Counted from the stretch's first letter, positions 41,413 through 51,707 are shown. The stretch: 64,000 bases of DNA from an uncultured delta proteobacterium (GCA_963787125.1 CAWBBV010000011.1:128001-192000), one strand, 5' to 3'. Made by a program: numbers and translations. Notes: generated by a model not told the origin, from the sequence alone.

Positions 41413-41613
41413 ATGCCCAGAAAAACAACCAAAGCAATCATTCCGCCCCATAAATCCACCTTCGAACAGATCCGCCACGCCAACAACACCGGCAACGAAT
41501 ACTGGTCAAGCCGGGATTTCGCCAAGGTTCTGGATTACAGCGACTACAGCAACTTCGAACAGGTCATCGCCAAGGCCCGTACTGCCTGCTTCAACAGCGG
41601 TCAGCGGATATGA
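41413..41613 (+). pseudogene. dinD: N-terminal fragment of DNA-damage-inducible protein D
   Basis: FEQIRH...EYWSSRDFAKVLDY..Y.NF..VI.KARTAC.NSG; ends after 66 aa at the next gene's ATG. Confidence 0.75.
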
Positions 41614-42494
41614 TCAAAACAGCAGTTGCTCTCAGCCTCCTTTTTTCTCTTTACGCAAGCGCTTATGCGGCTGAGCCGCTGTTCGCCGTTGCCGTGACGG
41701 CTACCCCGGTTCTTAACACTTCTGACTTCAAAGCAGTTTTTGGCGGCATTGACGGCAACTCGCTCCAAAAGGATAACTGCGGTCAGCTGCGCGCCCTTGA
41801 GTTTATTGCCCTCCCCGGCACTCTTTTTACCATTGAAGCTGAGTTAAAGAACCGCGCAGGGAGCATTTTCAAGGTTACCAGCGCCGATTACCCCTATCCT
41901 TCAAAAAGCGGATATTACATTGACAGCCGCTCGGTGCGGATCGAAAAGACCAAACCGGCTGAAAGAGTCGCAGAACTCCCGACAATAAACGCGATAATAG
42001 CCACTCTTAAAAAAAGGGTCGGCAGCCGTTATGTGTGGGGAGGCAACAAGCTTGATGGTGTTGCCGAAATCCCTTTATGGTATCCTCCAACAGCAAAAGC
42101 GAATCTCAGTCGTGCCGATATAAGCTTTTGGAAACTTGCCGGGGTCGACTGTTCCGGGTTACTATATGAAGCGACCGGCGGCTTCACGCCGCGCAACACC
42201 AGCGCTCTGATCAACTTCGGGAACGGGGTAGATATAGCCGGCAAGAGCCGGCAAGAGATAGCTGTCGCACTTAAGCCGCTAGATCTGATCGTCTGGCCGG
42301 GGCACGTGCTGATCGTCATTGACGGCGGCAACGTCATCGAGAGCCGGCTCGTCTGCGCTGAACCGGACAAAGGGGTACGTATCCGCCCCAGTAGTGAGGC
42401 ATTAAGGGATATCATGAAGCAGCACAGGCCTGTTGACAGCATTAGAAACAGCGGGAAAGAGTTTGTCGTCAGAAGGTGGTATCTGCAGCAGTAG
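41610..42494 (+). CDS. Exported NlpC/P60-like peptidase
   Basis: Signal peptide; YVWGG, GVDCSG, GHV. Confidence 0.8.
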   Translation: MIKTAVALSLLFSLYASAYAAEPLFAVAVTATPVLNTSDFKAVFGGIDGNSLQKDNCGQLRALEFIALPGTLFTIEAELKNRAGSIFKVTSADYPYPSKSGYYIDSRSVRIEKTKPAERVAELPTINAIIATLKKRVGSRYVWGGNKLDGVAEIPLWYPPTAKANLSRADISFWKLAGVDCSGLLYEATGGFTPRNTSALINFGNGVDIAGKSRQEIAVALKPLDLIVWPGHVLIVIDGGNVIESRLVCAEPDKGVRIRPSSEALRDIMKQHRPVDSIRNSGKEFVVRRWYLQQ

Positions 42495-42496
42495 AG

Positions 42497-43261
42497 CTAT
42501 CTTTTAAGCCGCTCCTCTATGGCCTTTTTCTGGGCTGATGAAAGCCGGTTGGAAGAGAGCAGCCGCTTGATATCAGGGGCTTTCATCCCCGGCAACCAGA
42601 GTGTAAACCAGATCAGGGGCGTTTTCGGGTTGGTCAGAATTGCCTCCCGCAGATTGGGCCGGTTCTGCCAGCGGGGATGACGGGCAATCATGGAGATTGT
42701 TTCAGCGGTTGCTGAGCCGCTGCGCAGGAACTGAAACAGCGCCCCCTCTTTCAGCCGTGGATTTGAGAAGCATATTTCCAAAAGATGTGGATCGCTATCC
42801 TTTAAAAGCGCCTCCAGAATTGCAGGAGTGGCCCGCCTTGCCAGGGTCAGCTTGTTGCCGAGCGGCGTCAGCGGCAACCGCTGGATGATTACCCGTTCGG
42901 CGGCGAACTTCTGGTCAGGGGTGATTTCGGGGAGATAGCAGAGATTCAGCAGTTCGAACAGGTAGAGTTGCGGCAGTAATGCAATAAGCTGGGAAGCGGG
43001 GGTGTTTGGATGCCGAGCCAGGGCGACTTTCAGGTTGTGGCTCGACTCTGCCAGCGGCTGCCTGCAGATACTCTTTAAGACGTCTTCGCCCAGATCCCGC
43101 CGTTTCAGGATGGCAATGAGGTGATTTTCACCAGTAACCGGATTTTTCAATACAGCCTGCAAAAGATCGGGAGAAGCCTGGGGAATAATCCCCAAGAGCT
43201 CTTCACCAGAACCTTTGAGTGCTTTCTGAAACAGCTCAACAGTGGTCTTGTCAAAATTCAT
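42497..43261 (-). CDS. Hypothetical alpha-helical repeat protein (LRV/HEAT-like)
   Basis: Repeated LKNP/RHPNTP/SNPR/TNPKTP motifs. Confidence 0.7.
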   Translation of the reverse strand: MNFDKTTVELFQKALKGSGEELLGIIPQASPDLLQAVLKNPVTGENHLIAILKRRDLGEDVLKSICRQPLAESSHNLKVALARHPNTPASQLIALLPQLYLFELLNLCYLPEITPDQKFAAERVIIQRLPLTPLGNKLTLARRATPAILEALLKDSDPHLLEICFSNPRLKEGALFQFLRSGSATAETISMIARHPRWQNRPNLREAILTNPKTPLIWFTLWLPGMKAPDIKRLLSSNRLSSAQKKAIEERLKR

Positions 43262-43264
43262 TTC

Positions 43265-43347
43265 TAGCCCTGACAAACAGGATAAGTACGTTAACGAAGT
43301 TGGTTTCTGCCTAAAATACAGAGGAAATAACTTCTAACTCGCTAAAG
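43265..43347. repeat. Dispersed palindromic intergenic element, copy B
   Basis: Homologous to 123-204. Confidence 0.8.
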
Positions 43348-43359
43348 GATATCATTACT

Positions 43360-44055
43360 ATGGAAAACCTGCAAACCCTCCGCAAGTCACTCCTCTTCTC
43401 CGGACTGGATGAAGAGTATCTCCTGCAAGTAGCCTCAATCTCCCACCGCCGCAGCTTTGCCAAAGGGGAAACAATCTTTGCTGAAGGGGAACCGGCCATC
43501 GGCTTCTATCTCCTGGCAAAAGGGGGGGTAAAACTCTGCAAGATATCCCCTGACGGTCGAGAAAAGGTGCTGCATTTTGTGCACCCCGGAGAAACCTTTG
43601 CTGAAGCGGCGTTTTTTGGTGATGGCCGTTATCCGGCCGAAGCCAGGGGCCTGGAGGCAGGTGAGCTCCTGATGTTCCCCAAAGAAGGTTTTATGGGCCT
43701 TTTGGAACGCAATCCGAAGTTTTCCCTCAACCTGATCATCTCGCTCTCACTCCTGTTGCGCCGCTTCGCCAGACAGATCGAGGAGCTCTCTTTTGCTGAA
43801 GTTCCGAACCGTCTGGCGACCTATCTGCTTGAACTGTCAGAGCGGAAATCGACCTCATATCAGGGGAAAAATTACATTGATCTTGATATGAAGAAAGGTG
43901 AACTGGCATCCAGGCTCGGCACTGTCAGCGAAACCCTGTCGCGTGCCTTCAGAAAACTCAAGGAGGAGAATATCCTGGAAGTTGACGGCAGCAGGGTCGT
44001 TGTTCTGAATATGCCGGCACTGACAAGGCTCGCCACAACAAACTCAAAAGGGTGA
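43360..44055 (+). CDS. Crp/Fnr family regulator
   Basis: IFAEGE, GETFAE, LGTVSETLSR HTH; no Fnr-type Cys cluster. Confidence 0.93.
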   Translation: MENLQTLRKSLLFSGLDEEYLLQVASISHRRSFAKGETIFAEGEPAIGFYLLAKGGVKLCKISPDGREKVLHFVHPGETFAEAAFFGDGRYPAEARGLEAGELLMFPKEGFMGLLERNPKFSLNLIISLSLLLRRFARQIEELSFAEVPNRLATYLLELSERKSTSYQGKNYIDLDMKKGELASRLGTVSETLSRAFRKLKEENILEVDGSRVVVLNMPALTRLATTNSKG

Positions 44056-44113
44056 TGGACTTTTCCTGTGGGCTTTGTTAGTTTGATCCAATTTCAAGCT
44101 TTCAGGACTTCTC

Positions 44114-45658
44114 ATGCTGACTATTTCCAGATTTTTCGGGTTCAATTTCACCAAAACCCTCAGAGCCAGCTTCAGGGTCAGGCTCTTTACCGGCATAACT
44201 ACCGTGATTCTGGTGGTCTGCAGCGGCTTTGCATCCCTGCTCGTCTACCAGCAGTACCAGTCGCAGTTGGACAAAAGAGCCAGTGAAGGGAGCCTGATGG
44301 CAAAGCTCCTGGCACGGGATGTCCGCTTGGCTGTTTTTTCCGGCAACAGGGACGAAGTCCTTTTGGCAGCAAGAGGGACGATGTCGCTCCCTGAAGTTCA
44401 AAGTGTCGAGATATATGATCGCAACAATATGCTTATCGCTCGACTGGCGACACCGATGGAAGCTGGGGGGCGTTACTCCACCTTTAAGGAGCTGATCCCC
44501 GGCCTGCTCAACATAGATATGGAGAAATCCCTATTTGTCGGTAAAAGCTGGGGAGGCAATCCTGACGCCGCTGTCGGCTCTGTCAAGGTGGTGGTTGACG
44601 AATCAAAGAGCGGCAATCGCCTGCAAAAACTCATCTACATGATGGTTCTGGCAACAACGCTCTTTCTGGCCTTTGGAATTATTGCTGCTTTTCTGCTTGC
44701 CAAGAGCATGACCAGACCGATTTCCGAGCTTTCCGCCTGTGCCGCAGCGCTAAAAGATGGCGACGACACTGTGCGGGCGCCGATTGAGACTTCAGACGAA
44801 ATCGGCCAACTGGCGGCCTCCTTCAACAGCATGGTTGAAGCTATAAGGATGCGGACAAAAGATCTTGAAGAGGCCCTTGAAGAGCTTTATCACCTGAATC
44901 TTGTTCTTGAAGACAAGGTGGATAAAAGAACCGTCCAACTTGAAAGTGCCAACCGGGAACTAGAGTCGTTCAACTATTCTGCCTCCCACGACCTTAGAGC
45001 CCCCCTGAACCGCCTTGCCGGCTTCTGCACAGCCCTCAGGGAGGAGTACGGCGACAAACTGGATGAGCAGGGACTTCACTATCTCAGCAGAATAGCTGCT
45101 ACCGGTGAACAGATGAATCTGGTTCTCTCCGCAATGCTGACGCTCTATCAGGTGCAACAGCGGGAAATGAGCCCAAGAGCTCTTGATATCAGCGAACTGG
45201 TCGGTGCGGTGGCAGCGTCACTGAAACAGAGAGAGACCGACCGGCAGGTTCAGTTCCTGATTCAGGAAAATGTGGCAGTTTACGGTGACATGAAGCTTAT
45301 CTGGCTGGCACTGGAAAACCTGCTCGGCAACTCCTGGAAGTTTACCAAAGAAAACCCGGACGCACTGATTGAATTCGGCGAGACGATCCAGAACGGCGAA
45401 ACGGTCTGTTTTGTAAGGGATAATGGCGCAGGATTCGACATGAACTATTACGACAAGCTTTTCACCCCCTTTCAGCGGCTCCACAACTACGAAGAGTATC
45501 CAGGAACAGGCATCGGCCTGGCAATCGTCCAGCGGATAATCTCGCGGCATGGCGGCAAAATCTGGCTCGAAAGTGCTGTAGGGGCTGGTACAACCTGTTT
45601 TTTCATTCTTCCTGGAATGAGCGCTATGGCGCACACGCCAGCTGAAGGTAACGGCTAA
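44114..45658 (+). CDS. HAMP sensor histidine kinase
   Basis: Two TM segments, HAMP, SHDLRAPL, NSWKF, DNGAG, GTGIGL. Confidence 0.93.
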   Translation: MLTISRFFGFNFTKTLRASFRVRLFTGITTVILVVCSGFASLLVYQQYQSQLDKRASEGSLMAKLLARDVRLAVFSGNRDEVLLAARGTMSLPEVQSVEIYDRNNMLIARLATPMEAGGRYSTFKELIPGLLNIDMEKSLFVGKSWGGNPDAAVGSVKVVVDESKSGNRLQKLIYMMVLATTLFLAFGIIAAFLLAKSMTRPISELSACAAALKDGDDTVRAPIETSDEIGQLAASFNSMVEAIRMRTKDLEEALEELYHLNLVLEDKVDKRTVQLESANRELESFNYSASHDLRAPLNRLAGFCTALREEYGDKLDEQGLHYLSRIAATGEQMNLVLSAMLTLYQVQQREMSPRALDISELVGAVAASLKQRETDRQVQFLIQENVAVYGDMKLIWLALENLLGNSWKFTKENPDALIEFGETIQNGETVCFVRDNGAGFDMNYYDKLFTPFQRLHNYEEYPGTGIGLAIVQRIISRHGGKIWLESAVGAGTTCFFILPGMSAMAHTPAEGNG

Positions 45659-46059
45659 TGAGTGCGATCTCAATACTGCTTGTGGAAGATAATGAAGACG
45701 ACCGCTTTCTGACTATCAGAATGATCAAAAAACTGCCGCTATCGCTAAAAATAGAGATCGCAAAGAATGGCAACGACGCCTTACAGCGAATTCTGGGGGA
45801 TGAATCATCGCAACAGGCTCTCCCGGCATTGATCCTGCTTGATCTTCAGCTTCCCAAAATAGGCGGCATAGACCTGTTGACGAGCATCCGTGAGAAATTC
45901 AACACCAGGCAGCTGCCGGTTATTATTCTCAGCTCTTCTGACAATCCGGGCGATATCGCACTCTGTAAGGAACTTGGCATCAATGGCTATCTTTCGAAGC
46001 CGCTCGAACTTGCCTCCCTTGATGAAATCAAGAAAACAATCACCCCGTTATCCTGCTGA
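45658..46059 (+). CDS. Single-domain response regulator
   Basis: LLVEDN, LDLQLP, LSSS, SKP. Confidence 0.9.
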   Translation: MSAISILLVEDNEDDRFLTIRMIKKLPLSLKIEIAKNGNDALQRILGDESSQQALPALILLDLQLPKIGGIDLLTSIREKFNTRQLPVIILSSSDNPGDIALCKELGINGYLSKPLELASLDEIKKTITPLSC

Positions 46060-46099
46060 AGCCACCCATAGCAGCCCCAAGCCAGACATACTGATCAGT

Positions 46100-46423
46100 T
46101 CAGAGATCAGTGCCAGGAGGATTTTTTATATGCAGTTGACAATGCAGGCATTTGCGAAGGACTAAAAATGTCATCCCGTTAAGATGGAAATAGTTACCAC
46201 AGCGCGGACATTTGCTTAGTGCCACAAGAAAAGAGACTATAACTAAAACCAAAACCCAGATAACAAACAGGGTCCCCATGGCTCTGTTGGATGGAGAAAT
46301 CTCGTAGGTAATTAATAAAGCCGGTATATATACCAGCACAGTGACGAAAAAATATTTGCGGCGCCTTCTTGTCTGTTTCATCACTTTCCGGTACATAACC
46401 GGATCTACCTGACCATTATCCAC
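46100..46423 (-). CDS. Hypothetical 2-TM protein with C-terminal Zn ribbon
   Basis: GGAGG RBS, GTG start, two TM segments, CPRC...CLHC. Confidence 0.7.
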   Translation of the reverse strand: MDNGQVDPVMYRKVMKQTRRRRKYFFVTVLVYIPALLITYEISPSNRAMGTLFVIWVLVLVIVSFLVALSKCPRCGNYFHLNGMTFLVLRKCLHCQLHIKNPPGTDL

Positions 46424-46459
46424 TCATACCCTCCAACTGTTCTCTCAAATATACCCCAT

Positions 46460-46693
46460 CTACCTTTTCTTTCTGAACAGGAAATACCAGATCGAAAAAA
46501 TAGAACCGCCAAGTGCTATAAACAGGAGATACGGTATAACAATGGTTATGCGGTGATCAACCAGTAATCGAAATACATCAGGAAAGTACGAGGGGACAAG
46601 ACAGACAACAATAATACAAACGCAACAAACAAGCGTGATGAATGAACTTACGACATGAGACTTTACATAGAAGCTTTCGTCCGACTTCCACAT
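46460..46693 (-). CDS. Hypothetical small 2-TM protein
   Basis: GGAGAGG RBS; two hydrophobic segments. Confidence 0.55.
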   Translation of the reverse strand: MWKSDESFYVKSHVVSSFITLVCCVCIIVVCLVPSYFPDVFRLLVDHRITIVIPYLLFIALGGSIFSIWYFLFRKKR

Positions 46694-46767
46694 GACAAAA
46701 CCTCTCCTTTAACCCTCATCGCATCAGGGCGCGAATCTTACACCGATTCGCACCACGTAGCCGATGA

Positions 46768-46983
46768 CTACTTCACCTCAGTTTTCACCTTATCCTTGGT
46801 AGTGAACCCCTTAAGCAAACCAATGATCAACACGACAGCCGGGACTAACTGGCCGACTACAATCATTGCGAAAAAACCGAGGAAGATCCAGACGAAAACC
46901 CCATCATCTCCCGGAGGGGCAGTTTCAGCCGCAAACAGCGTAGCGGGGGCCATTGTTCCCATCAATATTGCTAATGCTCTCAT
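46768..46983 (-). CDS. Small membrane protein, paralog 1
   Basis: AAGGAG RBS; IFLGFFAMIVVGQLVPA motif. Confidence 0.8.
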   Translation of the reverse strand: MRALAILMGTMAPATLFAAETAPPGDDGVFVWIFLGFFAMIVVGQLVPAVVLIIGLLKGFTTKDKVKTEVK

Positions 46984-47079
46984 GACGTTCTCCTTTTAGA
47001 AAGTTGGATTTTTCTTCCTAACCTACTCTTTTGTTTTCCGGAGCAGAGTTCCGAACTGTACTCATCTACTCATCTAAAC

Positions 47080-47096
47080 AGCATCAATTGTGCCGA
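47080..47096 (-). promoter_or_regulatory. Sigma-54 promoter
   Basis: Minus strand TCGGCACAATTGATGCT (GG-N10-GC); aagtata/tatactt palindrome at 47199-47219. Confidence 0.65.
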
Positions 47097-47421
47097 AAGA
47101 TTCTCGACAGAAAACATGAAGCTGGAGTGCAATAATTTCAGCTTGTTAAGCACTACCATGAAAATAAAATAATTTTTTTGTTTTCTAACGCCGGTGTAAA
47201 GTATAGAAAAGTTATACTTAACCTAATTTTCCCGGGGTGGGAATACCTGCTTGAAAAGCCTTCATCTACCACTGAAAACAAGATAATGGTGCCAGCAAGC
47301 TGATTTTACAGTACATCAACGCAGTAAATTAATTCGGATTTGCTCATAGTACCAGCGAAAAGCATCTGTATATGGTTTCTAAACATGCCTTCTAACCGAT
47401 GAATTACATGGGACTTGATGC

Positions 47422-48981
47422 ATGAAAATTCGCATTTCACTTATCGCAAAACTAACCTTTGCCACCTCACTTATCCTGCTTGTGTTCATGGGATTGCTGG
47501 ACAATATCAATCTTAAAACCGTCAGAAAGCTCATGATAGATTACGCTGCATCGAATGCGGAAGAAGTCGCTGACGTAATCACACAGAGCGCTTATGACGC
47601 CATGATGAAGAATGATAAAACAGCCATCCATCATATGATTGGAAGAATTGCAAAAAGTGTCAATATTGATCATATCCGCTTAATTGATAAAAAAGGGAAA
47701 GTGGTATTTTCAAGCTTGGACGAGGAAATCGGGTCCTTCATAGGCAAGCATACTGAAGAGTGCGTCATCTGCCACTATTATGCAAGTACCGACGAAACTA
47801 CATCTGCATCTAACAACAGCCGGATCATTGTTAACAGCGCCGGGAAAGAAACTCTCGGCTTTACAAAGGCAATTTATAATCAATCAGCCTGCTTTACTGC
47901 CCCTTGCCATTTTCATAGCAAAAACGACACGGTACTGGGACTCCTCGATATATCAATTTCCCTGGAAACGCTCAGACAAAAATCCCGAGAATACCGCCTT
48001 GTATTTGTAATATTAACATGCATGCTCCTGTTGTTGTTCGGCATGCTGGTAATCATTCTGACTCATTATCTTATCGATGTTCCGGTCGGAAGGCTTGTGC
48101 AGCAGAGCACACAAGTCGCTCTGGGAAATTTTGAATCACGGGTTCCAGTCACAAGCAGGGATGAATTAGGAGAATTAGCCGAAGCGGTAAATGAAATGAC
48201 CGAAAGCCTTGGGAGGGCAGACAAAGAATTGAAGGGCTGGGCGGACAGCCTTGAAAGCAAGGTCGAAGAAAGAAGTAGGGCAATAATGCTAATGGAAGAA
48301 CAGTTACGGCACTCGGAGAAAATGGCTTCTATCGGTACTCTGGCAGCCGGAGTTGCCCATGAAATCAACAACCCTTTAACCGGCATCCTGCTGTATGCCT
48401 CAATCCTTAATAGTGACAAAAGACTAGATCCAGCCTTGTTACCCGATGTGGAGAGAGTCATTTCCGAGACCCGAAGGTGTGCCGGCATCGTTAAAAATCT
48501 ACTTGAATTCAGCCGGGAATCTTTGCCTGAAAAAGAAGCTATTTCCCTTGAAACAATTCTGGATGATGTGATCAATTTTTTTCACAATCAGCCGGAATTC
48601 AGCAAGATCGCCATCCGGAAAAATTACGATAGTTGTCTGCCGCAGATATCAGTTGATCCCAATCAGATTCGGCAAGTGTTCATGAACCTGCTTATTAATG
48701 CCGGCCATGCCATGCCAGCGGGAGGGGATCTGGAGATATCTACGTTTTGGTCGGCAGACGGTAAGTATGTATGTGCGGATATTAAAGATAACGGTGATGG
48801 TATTCCTGAAGAAAATCTTGCCAGGATTTTTGATCCATTTTTTACAACCAAACCTGACGGCACTGGACTCGGACTGGCAATTTCCTACGGTATTATTGAA
48901 AACAATGGCGGGAAAATAGAGGTAAAAAGCACACCGGGTTGGGGGGCAGAATTTATTGTCATGCTCCAGGCCTCAAGATGA
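47422..48981 (+). CDS. Sensor histidine kinase with heme-c motif periplasmic domain
   Basis: CVICH and [32 protein letters not shown]. Confidence 0.93.
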   Translation: MKIRISLIAKLTFATSLILLVFMGLLDNINLKTVRKLMIDYAASNAEEVADVITQSAYDAMMKNDKTAIHHMIGRIAKSVNIDHIRLIDKKGKVVFSSLDEEIGSFIGKHTEECVICHYYASTDETTSASNNSRIIVNSAGKETLGFTKAIYNQSACFTAPCHFHSKNDTVLGLLDISISLETLRQKSREYRLVFVILTCMLLLLFGMLVIILTHYLIDVPVGRLVQQSTQVALGNFESRVPVTSRDELGELAEAVNEMTESLGRADKELKGWADSLESKVEERSRAIMLMEEQLRHSEKMASIGTLAAGVAHEINNPLTGILLYASILNSDKRLDPALLPDVERVISETRRCAGIVKNLLEFSRESLPEKEAISLETILDDVINFFHNQPEFSKIAIRKNYDSCLPQISVDPNQIRQVFMNLLINAGHAMPAGGDLEISTFWSADGKYVCADIKDNGDGIPEENLARIFDPFFTTKPDGTGLGLAISYGIIENNGGKIEVKSTPGWGAEFIVMLQASR

Positions 48982-49018
48982 CGATAATCCAGTTTTGAAT
49001 CGGAACTGTACGCTACTG

Positions 49019-50437
49019 TCAGTGCTGTCCTTTTACCGAAATACCCAGTTTTTTCATCATACTCTGGAAATTAGGCCTCAGTATGCCCGTCTGTTCGGCC
49101 GCTCTGGTGACATTCCAGTTGTTACGTTCGAGGGCCTTTTGTACGAATACGCTTTCCAGTGAGTCCATAGCATGCTCTCTGATATGACGCTTCATCTCCT
49201 TGAGCTCTTCAGTGTTCAATGGAACGCGGTCTACAATGCTGTCCATGTTAGTTGAACTCGTCTCCTTACTGTCCCAAAGTTCAAGATCTTCATTACGGAT
49301 AATATCAACTTCTGCCAGCACTACTGCACGCTCGATCATGTTTTCCAGCTCGCGTACATTCCCCGGGTAGGAGTAATTTTCCAGAAAGCTCATTACATCC
49401 GGCGCAACTCGGCTGATATTCTTACCTATCTCCGCGGAATACTTTTTCAGAAAATAATGGATCAATACCGGAATATCCTGCCTGCGCTCACGAAGCGGAG
49501 GTAATTCGATTGGAATTATATTGAGCCGAAAGAAAAGATCTTCCCGGAAAGAGCCTTCGTTTACCATAGTTCTGAGATTTTTGTTTGTCGCCGCAACAAG
49601 ATGAATATCTATTGGCACTAGCTGTGTACCACCAATAGGAGTGATTTTCCGTTCCTGCAGGACTCGCAGGAGTTTTGCCTGAGTTGACAGGCTGATATTT
49701 GAAACTTCATCCAGAAATAGAGTGCCGCCGTCAGCGACTTTGAACAGGCCGGTCTTTGTCTGCACAGCGCCGGTAAAAGATCCTTTAACATGGCCGAACA
49801 GTTCGCTCTCCAGTAATGTTTCTGCCAGTGAGGAGCAATCTACTGCAACAAAATGCTTTTCTTTTCTGGAACCGGTTTCATGTATTGCACGAGCGGCCAG
49901 CTCCTTGCCTGTGCCGCTTTCGCCGCTTATAAGCACTGTACTGCTGGAGGCGGCAACCCGCACGATCCTTTGATAAACTTTCTGCATCTCCTTGCTTTCA
50001 CCTATAAAACCATGAAACCCGAGGTGCAGACTAATCTCATTTTTTAGACACGGTTTATCCGGAGAACGACCGCGCTGTTTAAGGGCGTTATGCACCATTT
50101 CCAGTAAAAGGTCGGGGGAGAACGGCTTTGAAATATAATCGGCCGCTCCGTTTTTCATGGCCTCTACAGCGGTGTCAATTGAGGCGTAGCCGGTTATTAT
50201 AATAACCGGAATATCTGATTGCAGGGTTTTGACCGCCTTAAGTACCTCAATGCCGTCCATGCCTGGCATCTTCAAATCCGTTATTACCAGTCCATAGTCT
50301 TTTTTCTGAAGCTGTTCAATTGCCTTATGACCGCTGCTGCAAGTCTCCACCTCAAAATTATCCCCCTCAAGAACGCGTTTTATGCCATCACGGATCACCG
50401 CCTCATCATCAACAACAAGGAAGACTATCTTATCCAT
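49019..50437 (-). CDS. NtrC-type sigma-54 response regulator
   Basis: REC, GESGTGKE, GSFTGA, FLDE, HTH. Confidence 0.95.
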   Translation of the reverse strand: MDKIVFLVVDDEAVIRDGIKRVLEGDNFEVETCSSGHKAIEQLQKKDYGLVITDLKMPGMDGIEVLKAVKTLQSDIPVIIITGYASIDTAVEAMKNGAADYISKPFSPDLLLEMVHNALKQRGRSPDKPCLKNEISLHLGFHGFIGESKEMQKVYQRIVRVAASSSTVLISGESGTGKELAARAIHETGSRKEKHFVAVDCSSLAETLLESELFGHVKGSFTGAVQTKTGLFKVADGGTLFLDEVSNISLSTQAKLLRVLQERKITPIGGTQLVPIDIHLVAATNKNLRTMVNEGSFREDLFFRLNIIPIELPPLRERRQDIPVLIHYFLKKYSAEIGKNISRVAPDVMSFLENYSYPGNVRELENMIERAVVLAEVDIIRNEDLELWDSKETSSTNMDSIVDRVPLNTEELKEMKRHIREHAMDSLESVFVQKALERNNWNVTRAAEQTGILRPNFQSMMKKLGISVKGQH

Positions 50438-50840
50438 ATAACTTCCCCCAATTCAGCCCTATAAAATCAAGATACTTAAGTTTACTAAACGTTATTTACG
50501 GATAACATCTTAAATAGTCGCCCCGGTTTCACAAAACCTGGTGCATGCTTTACCCGACCAATCGTACTCCTTACTGAAACCCCCAGTCAATAGTTTACAT
50601 ATTTTAATTTTACCAAAGCACATTTAAGCTTGCCAATGAACTCTATTGAACCAACATCGCAAAATGAACCCGTGTCTCCACCCAGCATAAAACTCATTTT
50701 ATGATGTTAGCTAAAGTTTCGAACCTTTCTGAACAGACAGTTATCCCTGTGAGATTTCAACATTCACCGTGGCAAGTGTATACATTTAATATGCATTAGA
50801 ATTAAACCAACATGACGTTTTAATGCACGATATCGAAAGG

Positions 50841-50877
50841 TTGCACATTAATGCAATTTAATTGCATTAATGTGCAA
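50841..50877. promoter_or_regulatory. Perfect 37-bp palindrome, candidate enhancer (UAS)
   Basis: ttgcacattaatgcaatt-t-aattgcattaatgtgcaa, about 130 bp upstream of a sigma-54 site. Confidence 0.7.
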
Positions 50878-51004
50878 TTGTATACTGTCAGCATACTGCA
50901 AATTCCCCCTCCGTCCATTAACACACACAAACATAAACGACTGCAAAGATTATTTACTTTAATTACGGCCAGTTACAGCTTTGCATTCCTGCATTTTCGA
51001 GCTA

Positions 51005-51021
51005 TTGGCACGCCATATGCA
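51005..51021 (+). promoter_or_regulatory. Sigma-54 promoter of the cytochrome operon
   Basis: TTGGCACGCCATATGCA matches TGGCACG-N4-TTGC at all but one position. Confidence 0.8.
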
Positions 51022-51091
51022 CACATAACTGCATATACATTAATTTTTACTTATACAACCAGATTTACACCTGACATAAAAGGAGGATGCC

Positions 51092-51325
51092 GTGAAGATC
51101 ATTTCAACATTCGGACTGCTCGTGCTGGTATCCATATCTTACGCATTGGCCTCAGGGGGCACTGAAGTAGAAGGATTGGGGCCTATGACAGCTTTTTTCA
51201 TCTCCTTTGGGGTAATGATCGTCATCTACCAGTTCATTCCCGGCCTTAAGCTTTTTGCTGAGATGATTCGAAAGATATTCCTGTCAGCAGCGGGAAAAGT
51301 CACAGAAGTCAGCAGAATTAAGTAG
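51092..51325 (+). CDS. Small membrane protein, paralog 2
   Basis: AGGAGG RBS; FFISFGVMIVIYQFIPG. Confidence 0.75.
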   Translation: MKIISTFGLLVLVSISYALASGGTEVEGLGPMTAFFISFGVMIVIYQFIPGLKLFAEMIRKIFLSAAGKVTEVSRIK

Positions 51326-51367
51326 CGACAAAATATAACCCGTCAACAAACTAAAAAGGAGAACGCC

Positions 51368-51622
51368 ATGAACGCAAACAAAACCTTGACAGCAGTCTTT
51401 AGCGCTTTAGCCATCAATCTTGCTACCGGCAGCGGAGCCATTGCCTCATCGGGCGTTACCAACAAGGTCTTTATAAGTGGTCCCTTGATTCTGATCTTCC
51501 TCGGTTTCTGTGCTCTGGTGGTGGTTGTCCAGTGCGTCCCGGCAATCATAATGCTTTACGGCATGATCAAAGGTGCCGCGAGCAAAAGAAACGCATCAAA
51601 GGCGAGCGCCAAGTACTACTAA
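51368..51622 (+). CDS. Small membrane protein, paralog 3
   Basis: AAGGAG RBS; IFLGFCALVVVVQCVPA. Confidence 0.8.
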   Translation: MNANKTLTAVFSALAINLATGSGAIASSGVTNKVFISGPLILIFLGFCALVVVVQCVPAIIMLYGMIKGAASKRNASKASAKYY

Positions 51623-51707
51623 TCTGATTTGAAAAAGTGATTTTTCAAATTCAAACTTCAGTTTCAGGATTAAAAATAGCGCGATATTTGATTAATGGAG
51701 GTTCGTC

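Noticed and set aside
50500..50600. Possible cyclic-dinucleotide (GEMM) riboswitch before the regulator
   Set aside because: Only a short hairpin; the GEMM consensus elements are not present
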